Both the position numbers and the translations under genes were made by a program. The notes below the pieces were generated by a model. That model saw nothing but the letters and a program-made list of their open reading frames with translations. It was not told where the DNA came from and did no database searches. A stretch of DNA of 64,000 nt from Octopus sinensis (Eukaryota). Positions 24,501 through 36,733 of the stretch are shown here, piece after piece. How positions within the stretch are numbered: position 1 is the first letter of the stretch; each line of letters opens with the position of its first letter. The stretch is from positions 54,870,001 to 54,934,000 of the forward strand of contig NC_043013.1 of assembly GCF_006345805.1 (NCBI RefSeq), in the 5' to 3' direction.

Positions 24501-25068
24501 ATAGAGTTCTGGTGGGACAAAACTCTCGCTTACTCTGCAAGACCTCATGATATATTTTGACCAAAAGATCCCCCAGAAGGAATTAAAAAAGAAAAAGGAA
24601 AGAAAACTATAAAAATACAAGGATCTTGAACTAGAATGAAATCAGATGCAGGGTATGAAATTGAAATGTGAATCAATAATAATGAGTGTTGAACGATAAA
24701 GATCTACATGAAGACAAACAGGGGGGGGGGACCATTCCCCCTCTTTACACCTCTACACACAGCATGAAGCAGGCCTGCTAAACACAACCCCTGCTAAAAA
24801 CAGCTCCTGCTAAACACTTTCAATTCAATAGGATAATTCATACAGAATACACTTTATACATAATCACCTAATAAAATATCACAACATATTCTGTACAATT
24901 ATCATCATCGTCATCATCATCATCACTACAGCATCATTTCTGGTATGTTTCTCTATGGCTGGCATGAGGTGGATTGCAACATATACCAACCTGCACAGCA
25001 CTTACTTTGTACACTCAACACCCAAAACTAAACATATCTCACAACACACAATCACCCAACAAACTCAC

Positions 25069-25256
25069 AACAACTCACACTGCACATCGTATGCTACATA
25101 ACAATCAGGCAAAATACTGAAGTTGCACCAGAAGCACCAAATCAAATTCCACAACACAGACATCGGATACAGACACAATTCTTCACTTCCAAAAGACAAT
25201 GCAGTGCACATCACAGTAAGACAGAGATGTACTACCAGGTTGGAAATTACATAAAA
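25069..25256 (-). CDS. Candidate exon FYVISNLVVHLC...YDVQCEL (188 nt, phase 0-2)
   Basis: Strong acceptor ttttcacatcatcttctccacag; donor gtgagt (alternative donor 10 nt upstream); 62 open codons. Confidence 0.55.
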
Positions 25257-27199
25257 CTGTGGAGAAGATGATGTGAAAACGATGATAATTATGATGATGA
25301 TGATGATGACAATGATGATAATGGGATTTTTTACATAATAAAAATCAAAGAAAACCCTTCTCTTCAAGTGTTATGTATTGAAGAGAATATATTTTTATCA
25401 AATAAGCAATATCAGTGATGAATTGATTGCTTTTGTTTTTTCTCTCTTGTACAATACTTATCAAATATTTTTATCTTTGTTTATGTTACATGACTCGTTC
25501 TCGTGATATCCCATAAACAAAATATAAAGACAAAATGTAAACCTAAAGTAAATGTTATTATTATAATTAAAATAACTTTTTAAAATGGATTTTATTGATT
25601 TTTGCTAAATTTCCTGTGAGAAGATTTTAAATTTAGAAATCTAAATCAGACAGTTCTGATTAAAATACTTACACCTGTTCAATTAAATGAAGAAAATTTG
25701 TTTCAAATAAATTTATAAAGAAAACTGGTTGTCTTATTAGGAACTTTATATTCTTAACTTTAATTTTATGAATAAAATTAAAGTTTACTAGTTTAATGTT
25801 TCGAATTTCTTTTTTTGCCAAAAAACTCTTGTGTGAAAAATAATCAAAACAAGAAGAGGCAATGAATATGGTTGGAACTGATTTGATTAGAGAGAGATGT
25901 GTAATGTGAACTAAATGGCATTCTATGCTTTTGGCAAAAAGCTCAAGGCTCCATACACAAGATTAAAATCACAATATGCAATTGATTTTTAAAATGAAAG
26001 CCATGTGAAGCAAATAAAAGCTATAGATCTAATTTTACCACTGTTTATTGTTATCATTTCCAGTGCTCATGCTTGGATCTGAAGCAAAATATCTGAAATC
26101 CATATTACAGAATTTTCCTCATGAATCGAAACTCATGAAGTACAAAAGAAAAATGTTAATATAATAGATATTAATCAAAATACATACTACGCAACAATCT
26201 ACTTGAAAAATATAATAGGATAAAACATTTTTTTAATGAATTTGCAGTCCTAAACATTTTGAGTTGGTCTGTGGTCGTCCAAATGGAAGAGAATAAATCA
26301 GAAATGGAAAGAGAAGTCTATTGCAGAATTCAGGAATGCTCATAGCTATGGCTTTTCTATGAAGCCAACAGCTTTTAAAACACTTTTGTACTTTCTTAGC
26401 AATCAAAATATTTCTATATTGCTTCCACTGGTTTTATATGTGATTTCATATTTTCAACACATTATAAATAAATTAATGTTTAATTCTCTAACGTGCTCCG
26501 GTCCTCAAATTGGCTCTACTGGAGCACCTCCTTCAAGAGATAGCTGATTATAATAAGCTCACAACAAATATTTTATAAACCTTGGAATGGCGAGGGACAA
26601 AGGGAAACTGGGCAGGATCTAAACTTACAATGTAAAGGGATGTACATCTGGTAGTTTACCAATTCTGTTAGTCACCACTTCATTCTTCAGGATTTTCTAC
26701 AAATTCAATGATCTTCTTACTTCTTACTAGTTCACTTGATGTTAAGTTACCAATATCCCACATCTCCGCTGTTGCCTCTGGGCAATCCAATGTAACTCAA
26801 CAATTTCCCCTTCATTTGAGGCATTATTATCAGATCTTGACACCTTGCTACCCTCTTATTCCATTCTCTTACTCAAACAAAATATCAAAAACAAGATGCT
26901 GTAAATTTAGTCACAATGAAGGTGATCAGGGGATTTATCCAGAAAATTAAGCACCCTGTCCTAATTCACAGGAGGAAAATGGTTTCCAATAAGGCACCTT
27001 ATCTAAGAGGGCAGTAACTTTGAATTAAAACTGGTACAAAGCAGAGAGGGCTTTTAGTCTTGCAAGACATCCTGGCTAGTGGCTGTGCCATATTATAGAT
27101 ATCTAGTGTCCACTTTGCTTATGGTTTTAGACAGAAAGAATATCCAGTTGTAAAAGATTAACCATGCAATACAAATGATGGAACTGTAACACTGAATAA

Positions 27200-28260
27200 A
27201 TTAACAAGACTGACATATATCAAGTCAATATTATGTACCAAAGACGTAATTTGGATGTGAACACTTTTCTGTTATCGTTGAATAATCTCACCACCCAAAG
27301 TGTTATTTTTTTTCATCCGTTATAGGTTCTTAATTTCAAGTCTGAGAATATTAATACTGCTACGATGGAAGATAGATCTGACCAGATAGTAGAGATATTA
27401 GAATGTAAAATGATAGATCTAAGTTATGAGTGAGAAGCACAAATTCTTTATAAGGGTGGAAGGGTGGTGTAGGTATAATCTTAGCAGAGATGTGGGTGGT
27501 GGAAGTAACTGCAGTAGCTAAAGATGGTAACCAGAATATGTAAATGCAGATGACTATGAGAGTATCGTTAAGCTTTGATTATGCCATAGAAGATGATCCA
27601 GATAGCTCGCTCTTTCACGAAGCTAACCTGGGAATTGATAGCAACAATATCATTACCACAGCTGGAGATTTTAGCGATTATATCAAGAAACACATGGCTA
27701 AATACACCGGTGTGCATGAAGGTTATGCCATGGAACAAGAAACAAAGAGGGATGAAATTTCTTGGAGAGATGCTTTATAAATTATTCTTCTACTTGCAAC
27801 AAAATCTTCAGAGAATGAAACAGCCATCTAGTTAATTACCCATCACACAGATGGGCATAAGATGCAGACTAGTTTTGTACTAACTAGAAACCAGAACCTT
27901 TTGATGGTTGTTAACGCCATATTCCTCCTTCAGTAAAAGAAATATGTTTTGATATTATGGTTTGCATCCATAGATGGAGGATGTGATACATTCAGATACA
28001 ATAGACAAGTAGAAGTCCATGTCAATATGGGGAATAAGTCTGAGAAAAGGAAGGTAGGAAGAGCAGGAAGTCAATCAGTGATAGTTTCAAATCTGGATTT
28101 AGAAGAATTTACAAAATGCCTGAAGATTATCATGGCAAACCAAAGTGATAAGCTGACAGCAAGAAGTGAAATGTTGTGGTTGCCCATGCTACTCATTAAG
28201 TGCTTTTAAAAACTTCTATTAAACTAGTGATCTAATTAGTGGAGAAAAGAATCTTATTTG
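27200..28260 (+). mobile_element. Decayed RTE apurinic-like endonuclease region
   Basis: ITTAGDFSDYIKKHMAKYTGVHEGY resembles the RTE motif AGDFNGHVG...VHGG.G; followed by CNKIFRE*NSHLVNY. Confidence 0.7.
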
Positions 28261-28500
28261 GAACATTGAGGCGATAAGTCACAAACTTCTTTCCTTAATT
28301 TATATTTACTCATGGCTTACATGTTAGTTGTAAAAAATATATATATATATATCATTTAACATCCATTTTCAATGCTAGGGCATGTACACATATCCCTACA
28401 TATCACGCATTTGCCATCACAGCAATGTCAGCTAAAATTAAACAAATCATGACTTCAATGATTATCTGAAATCCTCAACTGCTCAATGGCTCATATATAC

Positions 28501-28588
28501 GTTAAATTTGGAAAATAAAGAAGGTCTGAGGCCCTCAGAGACCATCTGTTCGTTGGTTCTTTTTAACCAGGTTTGCACTGCAGAAATC
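28501..28588 (-). CDS. Candidate exon ISAVQTWLKRTNEQMVSEGLRPSLFSKFN (phase 2-0)
   Basis: Open frame, but acceptor and donor (gtatat) are weak and were chosen for phase fit. Confidence 0.3.
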
Positions 28589-29452
28589 CTTCGAATCAGG
28601 TCACAGTGGTCTTAGTATGGCCACCAGATACATGATTTCTTCTCCCCTCCCACCAACACCAAAATTTACCATCTCTGTCCCCTTCTTCCTTCCACTAAGT
28701 CATAAATAAAAGGAAAGAATGAGTTATACAAAAACTGAGCTTGGCTACCCTGTGCCAGTCACAGAACCCCCCCCCCCCTCCAACCATCATATCTTCTCAG
28801 TTTTTTTTTACTTGTGGAAAATATATTTACTTTAGTGGTTATAATTATTTGTTAAGCAAGACATGTTTGAACTGACTCCTGCATACATAACAGAAAAAAA
28901 AGATTGATTTTGTATTTATTCGATAATATCTTGGCTAATATGTCTGAGTGAGCTCGACCAGATGATAGCAAGGATGATGATGATGATGGCTAATATTGTG
29001 GCAAACAGTTTTTGCTGTAATTATCTAATGAATTAGGAGTGAGGCTCACATCAAACAGCAACCCTACTTTTTCATTCGTAATTTAGTTGACAACTCTTTC
29101 TATAAACCTTCCACCACTAGTATTAATTAAAATCTCTTCCTCTTCTTTTCAACTTATGTTTCTCTTTTCATTTGATGTGTAGATGAGAAAAACATAGAAA
29201 TCAATGAAATAAAGTTCTCCATTGAATTTCGAGAAGGACAAGCTCTTATATGTGGCACAGCCTTTAATTAACAAGATACTTGCATCTAATACTTCATATT
29301 CATAAAACATTTCTCATCTTAGTAATGACCAGTTTCTAGGAATGATGCTTAACTTCGGTGATTAATCACGAACCACTGATTCTGTGCAAAATAACCACAG
29401 ATAATAAACTACATAAAATAACCATATACATAAAAAATTATCACAGAAATAC

Positions 29453-29540
29453 AAATCCATTTGATGGTAGGAGAAATTTCCAGGATGTAAATGGCTGTTA
29501 ACAGCTAAAATCCAACAAAATTCATGACTTGGTAGAAAAT
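29453..29540 (-). CDS. Candidate exon FLPSHEFCWILAVNSHLHPGNFSYHQMD (phase 1-2)
   Basis: Acceptor aaatgtttttag; moderate donor gtattt; lies within ORF 29362-29550. Confidence 0.35.
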
Positions 29541-29629
29541 CTAAAAACATTTTCTAATTCAGCAATATCATCATATTAGCATTTTAATATGGATGAGGGA
29601 TCTTCTTATATTTGACAATAAATATATAT

Positions 29630-29857
29630 TAAGTATGTTACATACATACATACATATATACATACATATATATACATATATATATATACATACATACATA
29701 CATTTATATACATACATATACATATATATATATACATATATACATATATATACATACATATATATATATACATATATACATATATATACATACATATATA
29801 TATATATACATACATATATACATACATATTTATATATACATATTATACATATATACA

Positions 29858-29888
<31 letters not shown>

Positions 29889-30060
29889 ATATGTATATAT
29901 ACATATACATACATATATATATATATAAACATATATATATACACACATATATATATATATATAAACATATATATATACACACATATATATACACATATAT
30001 ATACATGTATATAAATGTGTGTATATGTATATATATATTTATATATATATATAAATATAT
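29630..30060. repeat. Long (TA)/(CATA) compound microsatellite
   Basis: Visible directly. Confidence 0.95.
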
Positions 30061-30061
30061 A

Positions 30062-30205
30062 TAGGATGGCTACGTGGTTAAGAAGTTTGCTTCCCAACCA
30101 TCTGGCTTCAGTCGCTTTGCATGGCATCTTGAGTAAGAGTCTACTATAACACTAGGCTAATCAAAGCCTTGAGGAGTGATATGTTAGATGGAAACTGAAA
30201 GAAAC
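30062..30205 (+). mobile_element. SINE B 5' half
   Basis: Colinear with 22565-22720. Confidence 0.75.
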
Positions 30206-30249
<44 letters not shown>

Positions 30250-31523
30250 TGTGTGTAAGTGAATGTGGTTCTGAAAATAAGAATAAAATAAAGAAAAGGA
30301 AAAACGTGTTGGATTTTTGGGGGAGGGTACAAGGGAAATTGATGTGTCTTTAGCTTTTCCAGTGGGGGCGGGTAAAGTGAAATTCGGTTGGGAAACGGAA
30401 ATCTGCCAAACACTTATAAATGCTTGGTGGAGAAGTGATGTAGCGAGAGACTCATGGCAGGATAACCCACGCCCACAACCTTCATAAATAAATCTAGAGT
30501 AGAAGTTAAAACCATAGAAGTATCTATTTGTAGTAATAAGATTTGTGTATTTGAGTGGATTTAAATGTTATGAGGGTATGCTTTATGGCAACATAAAACA
30601 ATTTGTAAAGAAACACTTAGAAAAAATTAATCCAATTTGAAAACTTCATCAGAATTTGTAATAATTTTTCAAATGTTACCATAGCAAAAAGGTTTAGAAT
30701 GTAGTAAATGAACATTGTGTTTCAATGTTTTATAATGCCAGATATTTTTTAGTCTTATTTTCTTTTCCAAATATCTCTATGGGAGCTCTCATCTCTTGAG
30801 TAATTTAAACTTGTATTTAAGAGCTCACTTATGCTGTGTCTACTTAACCAGCCTTCTTTATTGATTCCTGTTAAAATCTACTGTTTCCAATTATCATTCT
30901 TCAGAACTTGCTTCAGAAAGAAAATAAATGTTAAAAATAACATTTTTGGTTTTTTTCTTTCTTTCTCTTCTTTTTTTTTATACTGATTTTAAAAGAAATG
31001 ATAAAACTAAACTGTACAAAATGAATTGTTTCAAATATGGCTATAAAAATAAAATAAAATCTTGTGATGTATTTCCGATTTTATAAAATCATTAGATTCC
31101 CCAGACTTGCTGGAACTTTCTCTGAGAAGAATAAAAGAAAGAGAATAAAACTGGGAAAATAATAATAAACAAATAAATAAATAGCTAAAAGGTAAATGAA
31201 AAAATGTTTAATTTTACTCTCTCAAGATGTTACACTTAAAATTAGTTTTGTTTTTTGTACAATTTAAAAAAAAAAAATACTAATTTAAATTATTTTAAAA
31301 ATAAATAGTAAGTTTGTTTTCTTTCTTGGGCCTTTATATGATGGCACAAAGTGTAGAAACTTAAAGTGTAAATATTTTCTGTTTTAAATACTCCTTGAAT
31401 CTTATCCGGGGAAAAAAATGTCAGTGAAGTTCTAATGTTATACATATCATGATGTTCACTATGAAGATAAATGATGACAAAAAATTATCATCATCATCAT
31501 CATCATCATCATCATTATTATCG

Positions 31524-31554
<31 letters not shown>

Positions 31555-32032
31555 ATTTTTTCAAATTTTTTTTCCTAAAATCTTTTGAAGATGTTCCATT
31601 TGAAATTTTTAGATTCTGCATTTCAAGTGAACTAGTTTTGTTGGTTTAGTTTGAAATCATGACATGAACACTTCTCTGCAATTATCCCCAACCTCCCCAC
31701 TACCACACTTAATCCAAGTGAGCAATTTTTCTACTCACAGAAACAATGAGTTTTTACATAGTCACACCCCATCGAATTACTGGTACTTAGTTTATTAGTC
31801 CCAGGAGGATGAATAAATAATAAAATAATCTTAAGACCTTTTTTCTTCACATATTGGAAATAATAGGAGTTTCCAGAAAAGAATGGTGACATCAGCTTTT
31901 CGGTGGGGAAAGAGTATGTCTTGTGTGCTTATATCAATATAAATATATTACAGAACTGACACACAGGCCACACCCTTTTTTTCCTGTTATAGGACATATT
32001 CATTAATGTCTTTATCAAAACCTGTCTCTCAC

Positions 32033-32059
32033 CAGTTGCCAAGTTTAAGTTGGAGAATT
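32033..32059 (-). CDS. Candidate micro-exon FSNLNLAT (27 nt, phase 1-1)
   Basis: aaatttccag acceptor and CTG|gtgaga donor; follows the 32124 exon across a 64-nt intron. Confidence 0.5.
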
Positions 32060-32123
32060 CTGGAAATTTACATTTAATTACTAATTACCAATTCCATGCA
32101 TCACATGAAAATTTCTTTCTCAC

Positions 32124-32168
32124 GAATATTTCTTTAAAATCTGGTCAAATTCATTATTCTGTAACATT
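32124..32168 (-). CDS. Candidate exon MLQNNEFDQILKNI (45 nt, phase 1-1)
   Basis: Acceptor ggactttttctgtag; donor gtgaga; only phase 1 is open. Confidence 0.55.
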
Positions 32169-33444
32169 TCTACAGAAAAAGTCCATTTGATGAAGAGAAA
32201 TATAATATTTTGAAATTAATGTTTTTAATTGATATTTTTAACTTTGCTTTATAATTTTTTTATATATTTTCTGCTATGTTGAAGAAAAATTAAAACAATT
32301 TATTTTTTATTCAAAACATTGGAATCTTACTAAATATTACTATTTATACTTTCATCTTCCAATCTCACTTTTCCATATTAAATTACAAAGTTTGTGAGTA
32401 TTTTCAATTACAATATAAAAATGCCTTTGAGAATTGTGATTCTCTTTGAAGATTGCAGAAACAAAATGCAATGCTTTCATGTAATAATTGCTGCTAAATG
32501 TTTTCTTGTTACTTATTCCAATTTCAAATGAATATAAAGCAGTAATTTATTCCTTTGTTCTCCAAATATTGATGCACTTAGATACATAGTGATTTAATAT
32601 AACATTATTTTATACATACACAAGTATTGCACACATACACACATAATGCTGTGTATTATATACATCATATTATGTTGTCAAGTTTTGAGTCTCACCAATA
32701 TACTTGGCTGATTTTAGAAAAATAAGTAGCTGATTGCAGTATTTTGCTGTTTTGACACTCTTTAGAAGTAAAGCCATGTTGAATGATAGCATTGTTCATC
32801 TTACAATTCCCTCATGTCCTTGACTTTGTTAATTTATAAAACATATATCTCTCTAAATATTATATTATCTATTTTACAGTTATTCAAAACTCAAGCTTTC
32901 AACAATTTTTGTACTAATGCATGCAAAATAATCCCATATAGACTAAAACTGAAAAATTCATTAAAAAAATAGAAATAATGTTAATTATTTTTGCAATTAA
33001 GGTTGTGGAATTTTACTTTACGTCTACAGTCGTCACATAATAATCATTATTTTTAAAGAATTTGTCTAGAGTTTATAGTTGCAAGGGCTTTTTCCATTCC
33101 TTAAATTTTTTATAAATGATGTTATTTTAATTTTAGCTGAAGTCAATGTCAATTGTTCATTGGTCTGGCAGAGGTGAAATTTTTGTCAAAATATTGAATC
33201 AAGTCAAAGATATACTCTATTATTAACTTTTCATAAAAGAAAATGGACTAGCTGTAGAAAAAATATGTTTGCTTGAACTATGGAATTCCTGAGAGGCCCA
33301 GATTAAGAAAGAAAAAGAAAACAAAGAGGACACAGCATCCACTGTGGCTAATGATAACTAATCTTCTCGTCAAATGCTCCAACCCAAGTTTTCTCAATCA
33401 ATAATAATTTTTTTTAGAGGTATAAACTTTGTGATTTCAAATAC

Positions 33445-33497
33445 CTTCATAGATTCTTTCAGTTAATAACAGATGCTTTAACATCTGGAGTAGGTTT
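33445..33497 (-). CDS. Candidate exon NLLQMLKHLLLTERIYE (53 nt, phase 2-1)
   Basis: cagtcttttag acceptor and AAG|gtattt donor; single open frame. Confidence 0.4.
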
Positions 33498-34299
33498 CTA
33501 AAAGACTGTTGTTACAATAATTAAAAATGTTTTAGTAATTCTTACTTCTAATGAATAACATTAATTTTCTCATTGAAATTAGATGTTCTTGATAAATTGC
33601 AGAAGACGATCACTATAAGTCGAAATCAATTAACTAAATAATTCATATGTAATTTTGGTAAGACTTCGAAAGGAATAATTCAATTAACAATTTAAATCAA
33701 ACATTTATGTAAGATAAGTTGAAATATAGTCAAGAATATTTTAAATAATGCAATTAATGAATTGTGGTTTGATCTAAAACATTATTCTTTGATTGTTTTT
33801 AAGTAGATGTTTTTGAGCATTGATTTAAATCAATACCTGTTTTAATAACAATATTTACAAACTAAAACTGCCTATAGAATAAACATTCAAAAAGCTATTC
33901 GGTTTCAATACTTTGGCAAATTGGAAATGATGAACAAAGATATAATTGTTGCAGGATGGTTGGCAACATACTTAAATGTAATATCGCCTTAAAATTAACA
34001 TATCATGTTTGCTATAGACTGGAATGGAAATCAAATCACTATAATTAAAAGTGATTATGAAACTGATGTTGTTCAATTATCCACCAATAAAAAGAATACC
34101 TGACTTATAATGAAATGTAAAGTTTTTATCATTTGATACAAGACTGCTAAGAGGAAAAGATAGCATTAGAAAAAATGTTTGCACAGTTGAGAGTAGAATC
34201 TTTTTAGAGAAGCCAAAGGCTAATAAACATGAAAAAAATTCACTCTGTATGTATAAGACAAACATCATAAATCAGAATCGAGTTGGTCATACCAATATG

Positions 34300-35400
34300 A
34301 CATTTACTTATATGTCTAATTTAAAGAGAGATAAACTTCTTTAATACAAATTGTGGATGTGTATCATTAGCCCAGTCTCTGCAAAAATGTACTTCTGGCA
34401 TGTGAACATATCTCTAAATTATCTTTTCCTGTTAATTGCTCTTCTCAGAGTAGGCTGAAAGATCCATGAAATGTTTTCAGGTTTCCAAAAATCAAATGGC
34501 TCTCCTGTCAGTCAAACGTGCTCTCCCAAAGTAACCTTTCTGGATATATTACATCATCCTTTCATCAGTAGCATGGTTCAATGGATTTAATGCTTGGTTT
34601 GTAGACAGACAAGTTACTGCATTTTTGGAAATGAACTTAAAATTGTTGGAACATCCTCAATATCTTATAATCGATGAATCATACTGAAAAGTATCAACTA
34701 TAGTTTTTGACCCTCACAACTCAGATCTGTTTCAAAAACACCACAATAATCTCTTTTTTTTTTATTCTATTATGCAGAAATACTTGCCCTTGTGTTTGCC
34801 AAAGCAAGCATCACTTTCAAATCAGAAATACCTAGAAAATTTAAAAGCCTGATGCAAAACACTCCCAAAAAGATCTTTTGAAGATCATCCTTGGCCTTTC
34901 CCAAAGCTTCTCTTGTGATTCTTTACTTCCATTATAGCATTGTACCTAACCTTATGAACAGCTCCACACACTTTACAGAGAAACAAATTCATGTTCCAAG
35001 CTAATGCTTACATGTGCCCAGCATGAAGAAATTTTAGTAGGTACCTAAATTTCAATGCCATTCTAAGGTTCATAATCTGGGATTACATTAGAAGAAGAAT
35101 TGGTACAAATTAGAACAACTTTTTTTATCTCATACAATTTTTTCTCAGTAAAAATTGTCGGGGATAATTTTCTTTAATAATGGATTCATCTAGGTTCCTA
35201 AGAATTGCTCTGGAACTAAAACAGGATCAAACTTCAAGGGTCTCTTTTTATTTCACCATTCCATTGTTGATGTTTTCTGGAATGTTTCAGGAATCAGAGG
35301 CAATTTATGTTTTAGCAGTTCCTCATTTTATTTTTTCCTCACAAGGTTACATACAGTTTTATAACAGTTTGACCCATTGCTAATCTAGCCTGACAACACC
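34300..35400 (-). pseudogene. Possible decayed coding sequence of unknown origin
   Basis: Non-repetitive; protein-like stretches (ITREALGKAKDDLQKIFLGVFCIRLLNFLGISDLKVMLALANTRAS; TGEPFDFWKPENISWIFQPTLRRAIN) are broken by many stops. Confidence 0.25.
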
Positions 35401-36189
35401 AGCAGGTATGAAATAATTTATTCCCCACTTTATTTAGAAGAGCCTTGCATTACAAGAGATGTAATGACTGGTGGGGGGGGGGGGTGGAGGGAGTTACATT
35501 CAACTATGAATGCTTTCGCTACTTTTTCACTTCTTTTTTCCTTTTCCGTTTGCTTTCATCTCTATTGTTCAGTTATTTATTCTCTGCTAGATTGTATCCT
35601 TTCAGAATATCATTTGGATATCCTTCAGGAGAGAAATGTGGAAGAGAAAGAGAGATAACTGAAGGTATTGTATCAATTTCCTCTCTTCACAATGCTGCAA
35701 CTGGTTGCACAACACTAATCCATGCAATCAACAATACACACACACACACACACACACACATCTTACGTTTTTTTATTCTTTTCTCTGACACATGTAAACT
35801 GACCAATCTATCAGCTGTAACAGCTCCCTAAACATCTATTCCATTCGTCAGTTTGATAGTGTAATTCTAAGCAATTTCTTATTCATATATAAAGACGAGC
35901 AAACTACATACTTTTTTATTTCCACAATTGTTCCCTGCTTGCTTCTATGTTCTATAATGGTATTTCATACAAGTCCATGCAGTGTATAATATCTTACAAG
36001 GTTTATAAGCATCATCTCTGTATCCTCAGCCAAAATGCTCATGATTTCATGATTTTCTTGTTTTATACAAATATATACAACTGTATATGAACACACACAA
36101 ACACACACACACATGGCTACAATTTACACACACATAATGTGCTTATAAACATGAATCTGCACACACATAAATATTAAGCTATTGATAAC

Positions 36190-36660
36190 ACCTAGAAAAT
36201 GGTGCTGCTTTTCCATTTACCAAAGTGAATGGAATTTTGGCAGGGGAATTCATGTCATCAGACGGTATCCAGCGATCATCAACTGCAGCACCCTCCTGAT
36301 GGTGAGTCAGCAAGGATGGCCAAATCCCTGCTAATCATCTCCCCCTGGCTTCCATTTTAACTCCTCTCTCTTGCTCTATAGCCTCTCTGCTGCCTCTCCC
36401 ATTCTGCACATAACCACTCTTCATTGCAGTGGTTGTAATCATCCTCCATGACCATTCGGCAGAGAATCCCTTACTGTCGAGGTCGACTTGGAAAAACCAT
36501 AACTGCCATCTCTTCTTGCAATCCTGCAGAAAGTGCTCCTACTTGGCACACTTACCTTCATGGGCCTCATCAAACCCTTCTTCTTCCTGCAGGACTGTAA
36601 GCTTGATTCAGTACAATTTTGAAACTTTCATCACCAAATATTTGGCTAAAATTGTAATTT
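36190..36660 (-). mobile_element. Decayed RTE endonuclease-region fragment
   Basis: Higher-GC block with degenerate GGYGF/GDF-like APE motifs on the minus strand. Confidence 0.5.
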
Positions 36661-36693
36661 CAATCACTTTGTGTTCGTGGTTCCATCAAGTCA

Positions 36694-36733
<40 letters not shown>

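Noticed and set aside
35469-35488. G14 run (also G9 at 24721 and a C-run at 28768)
   Set aside because: Isolated homopolymers with no repeated G-tract architecture or context.
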